From contig NC_045697.1 in assembly GCF_009834535.1 (NCBI RefSeq), positions 98,210,001 through 98,274,000 of the forward strand: a stretch of DNA of 64,000 bases, in the 5' to 3' direction. The stretch is from Camelus ferus. Lineage: Eukaryota. This document shows, one piece after another, positions 1 through 13,153 of this stretch. Below the pieces are notes generated by a model. That model had not been told where the DNA came from. It was given only the letters and a program-made list of their open reading frames with translations, and made no database searches. The number at the start of each line of letters is the position of its first letter. Position 1 is the first letter of the stretch. Made by a program: the position numbers and the translations under genes.

Positions 1-3000
1 AACCAAAAGCCCAGATGTATAATTGTCTCCATATTTTTCAGAGCAGAACATCATTTGCAATTGATATTCCTCTCCATAGTTATGGTATTTTATTTCATAT
101 TCTGTATCACTAACTCCACAAGGTGAACAGCCAGACTTCCAGTTATAAAATGCCTATGCCTAACTCTTTAAAGTCTATTACATCTACTGTACCATGTGCC
201 ATCAATGAGAAACTCAGTTCTGAAAATATTAGGCAGAATTTAAAGAGAACTCTTAGAAATATCCAACAAAAATCTATATACAACCAGCTCTATTCCTCGT
301 GGTTCAGAATACAACCCTGAGGGTGTTTGATTAGGTCGCTTTAATCAGAAAGGGAAAAACCATCTAGGTGTGGGAGGGATCCTTGCCTGGGAAATCTAGT
401 ACATTGTTGGTATGTTATGAAAAATTGTACTCTTCACAATCAAATCTGCTCTAATTCACAGTAGTTGCTAGAACGGATTTCCCAGTTATGTTTATTAAAT
501 CTAGATCATCTTTAACACCACCATATTCACCAAATCATACTTTTAGAAGAGCGTCACCAAGGAGTAAAAGAACAAGACTCATCTCAATTCTGTATCATAT
601 TTCCACTTAGAATGCCTGAAGAACGAAAAAAATAATTTGAATAGATGGAGTATATTTTCCTTGGTAATTAGATTGTGTTTCATTTAACTTGTCTGATATA
701 TATTCCTTTTAGATTCCTGTGAGACAAATGAACCACTGTCCTCAAGGTGACAAGAATAGTCAATGAATTTGGGAAAAACCTAATGAGGTGATGTTTCGGG
801 TCTAAATCAAAGCTCTGTTATCCTTGCAGTCATTCTGGTCCATTGATTTTGCTTCTAGTTTTAATTGTGAATTTGCTTTTTTTTTGGTGGATTTACTGTG
901 TGAGATTACAGTTATTCAAATAAAGAAGTTCAAATGGCATGAATGTAGACATCGTTAGATCTTTTAGGAACGAATTTTTTCACTGTCATTAAAGTGACCT
1001 GGTTCCACAAGGCATAGTTCAATACTCCTCTATCCCAAGTTGCTAAAATCACAGAAATTTCAAATAACTGGATATATTAAAACTGGAAATATTTCTAATT
1101 TAGGCCAAATTTTGTTGTTATTGTTCTATCTTAATCCTTAAAAGACCTAGAATAGCATCTAAGCTCATCAAATCTCTGGAGAACAAAATATACTGAGCGC
1201 CATGAAGAGGCTTTTTGTTTCCACTGCAGTTCAAAACACAATGTTCCAGAAATCAAAACTGCATAACAGAGCAAATATTCATGCACTCAGCTATTTCAGG
1301 TTATTTCTTTCAGGAGGTCATGGCTTTAAATATTCATAGGCAAAACTAGGATGCCTATCTGGGTGGCCAAATGGAAAGAGATAAGGTACGTAGAGAACAA
1401 GGCATGAACCGCCTACCTAGCCCTAATTATTTAGAAGAGAGATATAAAAGAGCACGTGCACACAGCTACACTATGAAATCAGGATTATTCCATTTCAGAT
1501 CTAGCACAAATCCGACCACTGGAGGTCTATATTTTGTCAGGTGTCTAGGCAACAAACCTGGCATGTGGCTAGCAAAGTCTGGGGGACGTGAAGACTTATT
1601 GTTTAACTCATATTCTTGACACAGATAGTAAAATACAGCATTCACTGAGGTTATTCAGTCAGCCCTTGGGAGAGCTGGTCCCCCATTTCTCCTTCACCCA
1701 AACTTTCCAGGCTATTGCTCTGATACGGGCATCAAAGCCAGTAAAAGCACATTTGAAAATGAAAGGTCTCACATTCCACGCTTCTTTTGAAACATCAAAA
1801 AGCCACATAAAGAAGCAATAGGACTAGAAAAAGCTGACAAGGAGCAGGACAGTGCCTGTTAGGACGGCAGGCATAGCTGGAGGTGAACCAATGTGAGGTC
1901 TATGAAAAGGTAAGTGAGAGAACCAGAAATTTGCTGCTGACAAGATGAAACAGCCCACAGCTGTGTCATGCTAATAAAAAGTTAATTTCAACTTTCAGAC
2001 ACTCTTCATGGTACTTTACAGTTCAATGGTACCAAACTCGTCCATTGTACTGCATCACCTGCAGAGGCTGGGTCTATTTACAAGCTCTCAGAATCCAAAT
2101 AGAATTGGAGGAAACTATTTTATTCCTGCAAGATGTCCACGAGGATAAGAACACTTGTGATCAGGTTGGACAGTTACCCCAGCATCCTTGCAAACTCGAG
2201 CTTCAGTCTTAAAATAAGTCCCGAAATACAGACACGGGTGAATCAGGAGCTATTCCTTAGCCATGGTTCATGTCATCACTGTCAAAATCTGGGGATAAGC
2301 CGAGCTGCAGCTGAAATTTTTAAAAATCTTAAATTTCTTGATAAATCTGCAGTCACCGTCATGACCCACTTCTTTCAGGCTGAAACAGACAACCTACAAA
2401 ACTCTTTTTAAAGGCATGTCACTAAGTTTTCTACTGTGTTCTTTTCTGAGACTACAAATCCAGGCTGTTATGTATACATAGAAGCTGCCTCTAGGAATCT
2501 TGGTGATGTTTAAGAAATACAAGCAGAAAACAAAAATCCAGTCATTCCTCACATGTGCATCTTCTTGGTGTTACTGTGTCCTGACTTCAGAAAAAGTCAG
2601 AGTGACTATTTCACTTTATAAAGTAGGATGAGCATTACATTTCTTACAAAGATCATGTGATTGAGACATGCTGGGTATATGAAATTAAAAATCCTGGATG
2701 TGAATCTCAGCTTTGTCACTGATTGTTCCACTGTAAACAAAATATTTAACTCTATCCCAAAGCTGCAATCTCCTGCTGTGTAAAACGAGATAGAATAAAG
2801 GCTGCCCTGCCCTGCTCACCTTACAAGGACATTTTGAGGAGGAAATGAAAAAGGAATTCCCAAGTAGTACTGAAAAGTATGCCAATATGAGACTTAGCAA
2901 TATCTAGCAGTACCTGATACAGAGTCTATTCAACGTACTTAGTGAATTAATGGAGAAATCAACTACTCATAATACTGAGGAAATTTTACCATGACTTTAT

Positions 3001-3829
3001 TTCAATACACATATTTAATTAAATATGCCTTATGGTTCATGGTTGCAGTATTCTTAATATTCCACTGCGTATCTCTGAAGAGATTAATTATACTTACTTT
3101 AATGTCTTCTGTTTGCTATATTAACTCTTCTTCTTTGGATTATTAGCTCTTGTGTCTATTGAATTTAGTGTCTCACTTTTACAGAGATGCTTATCATCAA
3201 ATGTTTGGTGAACTTTGCTATTTGAGCCCCCTTGTTTTTAAGAATGCCAGTTCTATGGCCTTTTCTATTCCAGCCTACTCAAGGCTTTGTGGAGGAATGG
3301 TGAGACATAGGACTTTGTGGGACATATTTATAGATGCTTTTCTGTGAAGATGAATGGTAACTACCTCTTGGTCTTGGTAACTACTGAGGCTACTACTCTG
3401 CCTAATGCATACCCACCCAACAGACACAGGGACTTCACCTGCTGTGGGCACATGACTCTACTGAACCATTCTAGAAAAAGCAAGTCTTGGGGTAGAGGCA
3501 ACCAGCCCAGATGCCATAGGCTGTTTGTTCCATGGCCCCTTTGCTCTTGCCCTCTATTGACTGTGAGCTGAGAGACTGTCGAGGGCTCCAACCTGCACAG
3601 GAATCTCTTCCTAGTGTATATTTGATATATCTCTTTGAATCCATTTGCTTCCTAATTTTCAGAAATGCTTCAATTTTTCATCCTCTAATAAGAATTCATT
3701 CTTTTTGATGCATCGATATGAGGGATTTGTTAAGTGAAGTACAGATAGAAGAAACTAGTTGGGAAAAATTTCCACGCAATTGGTTTGCTTATTACTTTGA
3801 GTATCCATCAATACAACCATTTATCATGA

Positions 3830-5070
3830 AGATAATGTTTTTGGTCAGAAATTGCAAATAGTACAATAAAGTATCCAAAGAAAAGTGATTTTCCTTCCCA
3901 CCCTAGTCCTTCACAGTTACTTTCAAGTTAACAGTTAACAGTTTCTTGTATGCTTTTCTAGAACATTTCCATTCAAGTACATGTTTGTAGACTTTAAGCA
4001 CTTATCTTCTTTTTGTTTAGCTTAACAAAATAGCTTGAAATCTGTCCAAATCAGCACATGTGGATGCACTCTTTTTAATGGCTATGTAGCAATTTATTAT
4101 ATTACTGCTTCAGAATGTTTTAGTCTCATGTTGATGGATATGTGGGCTATTTGTGTTTTTGTTTTGTTTTTTTACTGTTCTAAATAATACTGCAGTGATC
4201 AGTTTTTGTTCCAGACCTCTCTACACATATGTGCAAATAAAACCAGAGAAGAAATTCCTAGAAATAGGAATTACAAGATTTGCACATTTTAAATTTTGAT
4301 AATGTTGTCTGGTTGCATTCCAAAAAGGTTGTACTAATTTTTACCATTCCTGCACTGTACATATACCTGTATCCTCACACCATCGTCCATGGTGAATTTC
4401 CAATTTTTATAACTATCACCAACCTGATAGGTGAAAAAGTGTCTCATAATCTGAATTTGCATTTAATTTGAATAAGACTGAAGATTTTTCATATGCTTAA
4501 AAAAATACTTCTCTACCACCTTTTTCCTATCTTTTGCTATTTTGTGAGATGTTTGTAGTTTTCTCATTGATGTATAAGAACCCTATATATTTATATGCAT
4601 GTACATATATATATTTTTTGAGGATATATGTGCATATACAGTGCAGGTATGGTAAAAAACTTGTACAACCTCTTTCGAACACAATTGTACATATACAGAT
4701 TTTTGTTTTTTACAGTTTTGTCTTTTGTATTTAATTACCATATTTTTCCACAGACAAGTTTTAGTGTTTTATAGCAAAATTTACCTCTATCATTTCTGTT
4801 TTTAAATGTCTACTTAGGTTGCTTCTTACTTTGAGAAGGTCTTACTACTCCAAGATCACTGAAACTTTTCCATGATGCCTTATAAAACTTTTATAGTTCC
4901 ACATTTTCTCTTTAAAGAAAGAGAAATGGCTAAAGTGTTGTCTCAATACCACTTATTAAATAATCTTTCTTTCTTCACTGATTTAAAATGCCATCCTCAT
5001 CCTACACCAGATTCCCTGAAGTATTTGGACCTACTTAAGATTCTATTCTGTTCCATTCATCTGTCTGCCT
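3830..5070 (-). mobile_element. Ancient LINE-1 (L1ME-like) 3' UTR and ORF2 remnant
   Basis: T-rich antisense L1 motifs, e.g. aacagtttcttgtatgcttttctagaa, ttttgataatgttgtctggttgcattccaaaaaggttgtactaattt, ttctattctgttccattcatctgtct. Confidence 0.7.
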
Positions 5071-5499
5071 ATGGAGATATTTTAGAAGTGAATACATTTA
5101 TGAAGCTATAATTTAGCATATGTGCGTATATTTCCAGGCTTTAGTTATCTGTATTCTATGGTATGTTTATTTGTCACTGTGTTCCTCTGGTTTGACTTCC
5201 TCAAGGGCAAAGATTATGGATTCTCCCCTCTTTGTAATTCCGTGAAACACTAGTCTCTGCCAAGTTCGACATTTCAGAAACTAAAATCAAGCTGTGTCTT
5301 TTAGGTGGAAGCAATGATGGTCTGAGTAGTTTGAGCAAATGAAATCTCAGCTCAAAACTTTTGACCCCTAAACATAACATATAAAACACTATAACAATTC
5401 CCTTCATGAAGGGATTTTCCTGTTAAAATGTTAATATGTTTGCATGATATGAAGAGTATAAGTTTATCATATTGTCTCCTTTGTCTAGGTTTTGATAGA

Positions 5500-5715
5500 A
5501 AGGCAGCATGAACTAACATTTAGAAAGCCACACATTCTGGTAAGAATAGTACATATTCCACCTCATGTAATGTCACCAGTAGCCTAGGAAATTGGTATCA
5601 TTATTCTCACTTTACAAAGAGGAAATAGGCTCAGGGAAGTAAGTTAATTTGCCAAGTTATTTAGTGGCAAAGCCTGGATTCAAACCCAAGCCTGTCTGAC
5701 TCTGAATATGGCTGT
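5500..5715 (-). mobile_element. MIR SINE
   Basis: Antisense MIR core: attattctcactttacaaagaggaaataggctcagggaag...ggattcaaacccaagcctgtctgactc. Confidence 0.85.
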
Positions 5716-6512
5716 TTCAAAGCACAGTTACATGATTTGATATATTGTTCTAGAATGTTCCTCCGATCTCCCACACTGCCTCTCAGAGACAGAGTTCCCT
5801 AAGGATGCAAAGTAATTTCCACTTCTTGTGCCAGCTCTTGGCTGCCTTGAACACTGAATAGATACTAATTTCTAGCTGCAACCACGCTCAGCAGGAAAGA
5901 TCATGACGAATGACCAATGTCTGCATGGACTACGGAGGCAGGAGTGGCAGTATGGACCCTGTAATTTGCTGCTACTGCCCGAAGCACAGCACTGGGGACC
6001 AAAGAAACATTTTACTAACTTCACAGTTGTGTTTTGGAAAAACCTTAAAAAATATAATTCAATCAATAGAACTTCCCTTTGTAAATAAAGCCTACAGAAC
6101 CAATGATAAAAATAAATTGTGAGAAATATAGTGAATAGAAAAGAGCACTCTATGTGGTATCCAATGTAGGCCAGGCCTGCCCACTTGACATGTCTAATAT
6201 TCAGCCTCATTTTATAATGATCAACTTGGCTCTACCAGTCCTAAAAAGGCCCACTTGACCTTCCGCCTGGGCTTCACCAAGGCCACTGCCTCAAACCAGT
6301 TCTCCCTAGGAGAAGAGATAAGAAATCCTAGGCTGGTAGGTAAATGGCACAGCATCTAAGTTGCCTTGTTTATAGCTCCATTCTAGAACAATCTATCAAA
6401 CCAAGTAACTTAACTTTGAATCCAGCTCTATCCAGATTTACCAGTCCTAGAAAGTGGGCCCCTGGATTTATGTGATAATATCCACAGCTCCAAGACCAAC
6501 CTACAGCCTCTC

Positions 6513-7025
6513 TGGAGTAGCCATTGTGGGTGGCCGCCCAGCTCCTGCTTCTCTTCCTTTCCCTCAGAGATCTGCAGTTTTAGTTAGGTATCCAATTATC
6601 CTCCCAACTTCATGCGGCTCGGGAAGGGTTAGCCCCGCCCCAGCTCCTGACAGTCCACATGCAATCCCATGCCCCTAGTTAGTGACTAGACTAGCACTGG
6701 GGATGTGACTGTGTTCAGAGTCCTGAGAGGCAGACAGAGGTGTGCTCTAAGTACCTGAGAAGTTCTTCCTTGTTCCTCTGGGACAGCACCAGAGAACAGC
6801 TGTTTCTTTTCTTCCGGCTAGTGTTCTAAGCTGATAGAAAATCAATAATTGCTGTAGACACTTCTCTACCAGTCATCATTCAGAAGAGGGTAAAGTCCAA
6901 GAATCACAAGAAAATGATCAGGACTCAGCTCTGATGACCACAGTAACTCTCAACTTGTAGATATTAAGTCAATTAATGTGTTTAAACTGTAGGCAGGTAC
7001 TTGCCTCCAAAGGGCCTTAGCTGAC
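6513..7025 (+). mobile_element. ERVL-class solo LTR (LTR16-like)
   Basis: gccccgccccagctcc...aatcccatgcccctagttagtgact...ggatgtgact, and a 3' end tacttgcctccaaagggccttagctgac resembling recalled LTR16 consensus. Confidence 0.55.
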
Positions 7026-7099
7026 CTCACTCTTGCTCTGAGATAGTCGCTCTCTACACTCTAGACTAGGTCTCCCTGAAGCTATTTACCTGCTTGAAG

Positions 7100-7302
7100 G
7101 ACAGGATAGGAATTAAGAGCACAATTTCAAACCGTGGCCCTGGCACTCATTTCCTGTGTGACCTCAGGCAGGTTAAACTCTCCATGCCTCAGTTTCTTCA
7201 TCTGTAAAGTGGAGACAATATTCAGATTCCAGAGTTGTATGAGGATTAATGAGATAAATCATGTAAGGCACTTAGAACTGTGCCTGGCATGTAATTACTA
7301 TC
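7100..7302 (+). mobile_element. MIR SINE
   Basis: ctgtgtgacctcaggcaggttaaactctccatgcctcagtttcttcatctgtaaagtggag...aaggcacttagaactgtgcctggca. Confidence 0.9.
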
Positions 7303-8877
7303 ATGAATACCTGGATTTTGTCCATGCCTACCTCCTGATTTTCCCTCCCCAACAGCAGGACCCAATTCCACACTTCCTGCGTCTATGTCATCACCACCTA
7401 TAACCTCCAAGGCTGAATCCAGTCCAAGGGCCTGTCTAGTCACTGCACCCCAGTCATTCAGAGTTTTAACTGACCCTTTTCACATCCAATTATAGTCATT
7501 GTTATTTTCCCATCCAGGAATCCCAGAGAAGATATAGCTAACAGAAGCTTGTAACCTAAAGAAATACAAATCCATTGCTAGAAGGGTTCTTGTGGATTTT
7601 ATCTAGTTTTTCTTGCCACAACACTACTCCTTACGGGCTTGTTTTTGCGGGTCCATGTGTACAGAAAAATAAACTACTAATTACTATCCCTATTTGGCTG
7701 TGTTTCTCCACAATCATCCCACTACAGTAGCCCTCTCCTCCCATTTGGCCCTGGCTGTTTAATTCATTTGGCATTACTTTTTTTTTTTTTTCTTGGTGAT
7801 GGAACCACTATTGAGCTGTTATGCTGAATTTCAAAAGGGACATTTTCAAACACATCTTTCCAGTTTCTCTTCTCTTAGAAAATGAAGTTGAACGCTCTTT
7901 ATACCATTAAATGTGGCAGTTGAGTTGATGGGACAACTCCTCTAAAAGCACATACCTATGGCTATTTTGCAGACCCTGGCATCCGCTGTCTGCCACTTTT
8001 CAGGCAGCTTCCCTGGGAACCGTGCCATATACAGCTATCATCTTCTGCTTAGAAAGAGGAAGCGAGAGATCAGGATCATTTGATTCTATAAACACTTGAA
8101 TGCTTGAGAAATGCAAAGCAATGAGCTATTTTACAGGGTTGCTAGAGACAAGGAGTAGAAAGCCAAGAAAGGAAATGACTGTACCTTAAAACTCCACTGC
8201 TTACCATTCTTACGTGATGTCTAAAGAGACAGGAATTCAAGTGGAGCATTTGAATGTTAAAACAAAATAGACAATGCAAGGATGCTTCCAGCAAAATAGC
8301 TGCCCTACATGAACTGCCCTGAATGGAAAAGGGAAGAAAGAAAAGAGAAACAGGGATAAAATGAGATGCAGGGAAGAGAGAGAGATGGATGGTCCAGGGA
8401 GGGTGCATTAAGACTCCTGTAGTTTTACATGAAAAAGAATTCTGTTACATAAAGGGAGTTAAAGTGAAAGAAAGAAAAAAAAGTCAAGCTGAACTTCAGG
8501 ATCTATGATTCTTTGACATAGAAGATTTCCTCATCTGATTCCAGCAATTTCCAGTGGCCAATTCAATGCTATATAATCTCAAAAATGATTCATGGGGCCA
8601 AAGAAGCAACTTTGGAAACTCTGAACTCCCTGGTTTGACTCCGAGAATATGATTTTCATATTTTTCTTCAAGCTGCTCTCCAGTTACAAGGCAAATTAAT
8701 AGAAAGCCAATGAGATTTCAATGTGTGGGCTGTATTGTTCTTTTTAAATGCGGTCTGTATAACCTTTCTCCATCTGCATAGATATGGAGAGACCTGTTTT
8801 GGTGTGCTTTTTAAATTTTCTGCTCTTCTACAGAACAGAATACTCCTGAGAAACCAGAGTGGTAAAGAACTTGGAGA

Positions 8878-9075
8878 CGCTGATAAAACCTCGTTTTTGC
8901 ACTGTCGCTCAAGGATGCAGCGCGGCTGAAGCTGCCAGGCGGCAATGACCGCTGAAATTACCCTCGCCCACCAGCCCTTGGACAGGAAGAAAACTAAGCG
9001 CAAGAACTTGGATTTTATTGAAAATCAAAAGCCAGCTGACGGGGTGCTCTCCGCACTCACCCAGGAAACTCTTCG
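8878..9075. promoter_or_regulatory. CpG-retaining non-repeat element (candidate enhancer or alternative promoter)
   Basis: 12 CpG counted in about 200 bp, in an otherwise CpG-depleted stretch with no recognisable repeat. Confidence 0.4.
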
Positions 9076-9102
9076 TTGAAGCTGTCAGATATTAACAATA
9101 CT
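9061..9102 (-). other. Candidate 42-nt frame-preserving exon
   Basis: Minus strand: tctctttcag|AGTATTGTTAATATCTGACAGCTTCAACGAAGAGTTTCCTGG|gtgagt; one open frame, VLLISDSFNEEFP; gene not recognised. Confidence 0.3.
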
Positions 9103-9424
9103 CTGAAAGAGATTTAGAACCTAAACCTCAGAGAATTGTTTAAAACACACACATACATACACCAGGGTGAATTTTATAAAATTCTATGATAGACTGCAGG
9201 AAAAGGGGGATTTAAAGACAGTATACCACAGCCATCAAACGCAAAATGCATTTTTTAAGTTCAATAAATTCCTAATAACTATAATTGAGCCTGAAAGCAC
9301 AGAGTAGAAAAATGAGCAAAATAAGCAAAGATCATTTTAAGGCTGAAGGATAACATTTTTCTAAATAAACATAAGGCAATATGGGTGTATTCAAAGGCAC
9401 ATGTAACAGGTGTGACTATGTAAA

Positions 9425-9580
9425 TCATTAATTCTTTACTCGTGTTCCACAAATGTTTCCTAAACCCCCTGTGGTGATATCTGTTATGTGTGCTGTGGAT
9501 ACCAATATGAGTAAGACAGCATTTCTACCCCTAAAGAACTTATTTTCTCATTGGAGAAAACTGAAAGTAAACAAATGTAT
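9425..9580 (-). mobile_element. L2 3' end
   Basis: ccacaaatgtttcctaaacccc...gtgctgtggataccaatatgagtaagacag...ctacccctaaagaactta. Confidence 0.7.
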
Positions 9581-10479
9581 TTATGTAGCTATATTTGATA
9601 TCTGTAAATAATCAAGATCAGCCATTACACTCAACATTTATTCCAGGAAAAATGTCAAAAGCTATTTAGATCATGGCATATTTTCATAGACACCAAAAAC
9701 ATAGCTTCTTTAAAAGTAGAATGATTATATTTATGAAATATATATTCTTTCTTTTTGTCTTCTCTGAGTTGACACAGAAGCCATCTTAAGGCCAATGAGT
9801 ATCAGAACTGAAGATCTGTCACTTTCAGCATATCAAGGAATTTTCTTCTCTGCTTTGTTATCATCATGTTTAACATTTTCAAGTATCAATTTTCAAATCA
9901 TTTTTTAAGTAATCAAAACATGCAATCAAATATTCAAGTGATTGAACAAACGACCATACAAGAGACAACCCTGCTGAAAGGGAACTGCTGTCTGGCACAC
10001 AGCTTCACTACACAACAGCTTGAATCTTTGCCTCCTGAAATAACAAAGTCCAGATGTAATGAATGAAAGGTGATTTAGAAGAGAGAAAGTATAATGTAAT
10101 AAAAGAGTGGTTTATATGGAAACTGAATTTAAAGAAGTCTCTGTACCAAGTTTAGGCACACATGCTGTGCTACCATAATAGCAATTAATAGAATTAATAG
10201 AACTTTGCATTGCAAAGCTGTCCTGTGACACAACACTCCAGGTCTTGCCCTCTCTGGGATGGGAAAGGCAGGGGTCAGAGCCTCTCAGAGAGGTCCAAAG
10301 GAGCCATTAACACATTATCTGCCGTAAGACTGTTTCATGCAAAAGGTAAGGAAAACCCAATACGTTTGTCTCCTACCCAGAGTCCAGGGATGATTGGCGC
10401 CATTTCTCTCTTTTTCTCCGTAGCCACACTTAATCATGCAGGTCGGCTAGGGAAACCCCTCAAAAGGCCATACATACAC

Positions 10480-10635
10480 AAAAGCCATTCTGCATCAGTG
10501 CCCTTTGGTGGTTCCCTTAACCTCTCTGAGGCTCAGTTTCCTTATCTCTAAAGTGAAGAAGGATGATTAATTGAAATAACTCATTAAAAGACCATACCAT
10601 TATGCAGGGACACATAAACACTCAGTGTGGGTTAC
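10480..10635 (+). mobile_element. MIR SINE fragment
   Basis: cttaacctctctgaggctcagtttccttatctctaaagtg. Confidence 0.8.
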
Positions 10636-11796
10636 TGAATAGACAGGCTAGTATCATTTTTACCCTGGTGACAGTAAAACTGCCTATCTTGGTGAGAGCA
10701 AATTTCATCTAACCCTTGATTATATCTATCACCTACCACTAAGGTGACAGGAAAATCAAAACTAATTTTTAAACCAACATTAGCTTCTGAGAACAAATTC
10801 CTATTAAAAACATAGAAGTGGATATGATCAATGACTATATGAATTTAAAATTTCCTATGGAATACAGATTTTAATTTCCAATAAATCAATAGCTCACCTT
10901 CTTTTTTGTATTTTTGGTTTGGTTATTAATTTCTCACATTTATGTTGATTTTCCTAATCAAATTTATTTTAGCAGAAAAATTATTGGTTATGAATTTATG
11001 ATTTTGTCTATTTGCATCTTGCAATCAGCTTTATTTTCAAAGTATGTAAAATACAAGTTTTCCATCCTAGAAATAACTGAACATCTGCATTATTTTAAAC
11101 TCATTGTCTAAACTCATGAATTAATCCCAGTAGTCTCTTAGCAGTCATATTTTTCACTTCCTAGTTTTCAAAGGCTCTCTGAGATACTTTCATATTCTCT
11201 TTAAAGCAGGTTAAACAGTTCAAAATACAGCCATCATTGCTGCCTTCCATGAACGTCACCTTCTCACAACACCATAAATAACAGGTAAAAATCAATAATA
11301 ATTTCACATTTGATTGCTGGTCCAATACCATTCTGTAGGAAAGAATCTGTGTGTGGATTCTAACATTCTTCTATTTTTTCTTAAGAAAATTAGCCAGTAA
11401 CATTGCAGTCTTTGTCCTCAATCAGATAAATTTTACCCAGGGTTCTTTAAAAATAAGTGGAATTGAGGGTCAGATAGAGAAACATATTCTACCTCAGTTC
11501 CTCTTCAATGACATTAGACCCAACTAGCCAAGATTCCTTTGTTAAAGGTCACGTGCTTATTTTTAAGCTAATGAATGACTGACATTTCAATAAGTAATGT
11601 GTATTATTTATTATTAAATTCTCAAAACATATAACCTAGTTAATGTATTATATAATATCAATATTTATGATAAAAGAATCAGAAAGTGAATTTATGCCAA
11701 GAAGGCCACACATTGACCATCAACAGAACATCGTCGGTCCCTCTTAGAGTGCCTCTCAGAACCAGGACTGTGGAATGCCCTTACAGGGCTCCTTGA

Positions 11797-12200
11797 AATA
11801 AATCAGGGTAAACAAGTTATAGTGCAACAATAGCAAGCAACCTCTGAAACCTCAGTGACTTGAGACCACAAGGCTTTGCATCTGGCTCGTGCTGTGTGTC
11901 CATCACAGGCCAGCTGGGGCCTGCACTCCTTACAGCCTCTCAGGGATCCCAGCCACTGGCTACTCCATCTGAGCTCATGCTTAAAAATCACAAAAGTAGG
12001 AGGGAGCAAGGATTCATCAAGCATCCAGCATTAAAGATTCTTCCTAAAAGTCACAAATATCACTCTCTCTTACACTTCATTAGCCAAAGCAAGCCCATGG
12101 ATCCCTCAACGTGGATATGGCCAGGGAAGTATGACTCCTCCACGTGCTAAGGGGAACCAGATCGTCTGGGATTTGGTGGGCAGCACTAATGGCTGTCACA
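11797..12200 (-). mobile_element. MaLR solo LTR (MLT1K/L-like)
   Basis: Ends gggcagcactaatggctgtcaca (reverse complement of the MLT1K-type start); internal cacttcattagccaaagcaagcccatgg. Confidence 0.75.
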
Positions 12201-12514
12201 GCCCCACTCACCTTGTTATCGAGGAAACAAGAGAGACACAGTTTTAACAACTGGCCCAACAAATGCCCAAACTCCTTTCAATGATATTTATCCCAGTCCT
12301 TTCTAAGTTGGATTCCAGAGGTAGAGGGCTGAACAGAGGAAGAGCTACTGTTTTCCCTCATAGCATCACCTACTTGTAAATGCAAATATGCAGCTTAAAA
12401 TGATCCTTTCCTCCTCTTGTATTTCCACAGTATTGCTAAATGTGAACTTGGCTAGCTTCAACACTTTCCAGAAGAATTAGGAAGAGGTTAATACACGACG
12501 GAGAACATTAGGTC

Positions 12515-12735
12515 CCTAACGTTTATTTAGACTCCATGCCAGATGTTATTCTTAGTGGTCTGTATGCATTGGTTCATACCATCTTCATAGCAACCGTATG
12601 AAGTCTGCAGATCCTATGATCATCGCCATGCTTCGAATGAGGCAGGTTAAGAAGCCCAAAGAACTCAGTAGTGAAAGAGGAAGGATTCCATCTCAGCTGT
12701 GGACTTCAGGGCCTACACCCACAACCCACATATGA
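12515..12735 (-). mobile_element. MIR SINE
   Basis: taacgtttatttagac...atcttcatagcaaccgtatgaag...ggattccatctcagctgtggacttcagggcc. Confidence 0.65.
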
Positions 12736-13034
12736 CAGTGAGTAACACTGGTGAAAAGTTTTCTTATAAATGCCATTTGAACTTGTCTATTTCTATAAAT
12801 GCCAACTGACAATTCTGAGAAAGGGGTTCCAAAGCAGCATTCTAGCACATTCTCCCATTAAAAATAGCACTAGCTTTTAACTTTGTCAGAGTCCTTTCAC
12901 ACATCAAATGGCAGGATATGTAAAGGGTATTTTGGGAGCTACTCTATAAACTTTTCATGGCTGTAGGCTAATTAGAAAATTTTAAATATTACCAAAAATG
13001 AGTAAGACTGAAGTTCATGAGGAGTATATTGGAA

Positions 13035-13153
13035 ACCTAACAGTATTTGCAGCTGTTGCATTTTATAACTGTGGAATGACATTCATGGAGGCCATGTGTC
13101 GCCCTCTGGAGTTGTACAGTGTACAATGTGTGTGACCATATGTTGATGTCCTA
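13035..13153. mobile_element. MER91-like hAT-Tip100 MITE
   Basis: cgccctctggagttgtacagtgtacaa matches the recalled palindromic MER91A arm. Confidence 0.6.

Noticed and set aside
1711..1909. Plus-strand exon ending in a consensus AAG|gtaagt donor
   Set aside because: The longest frame ends in a stop inside the exon, and isolated consensus donors are common.
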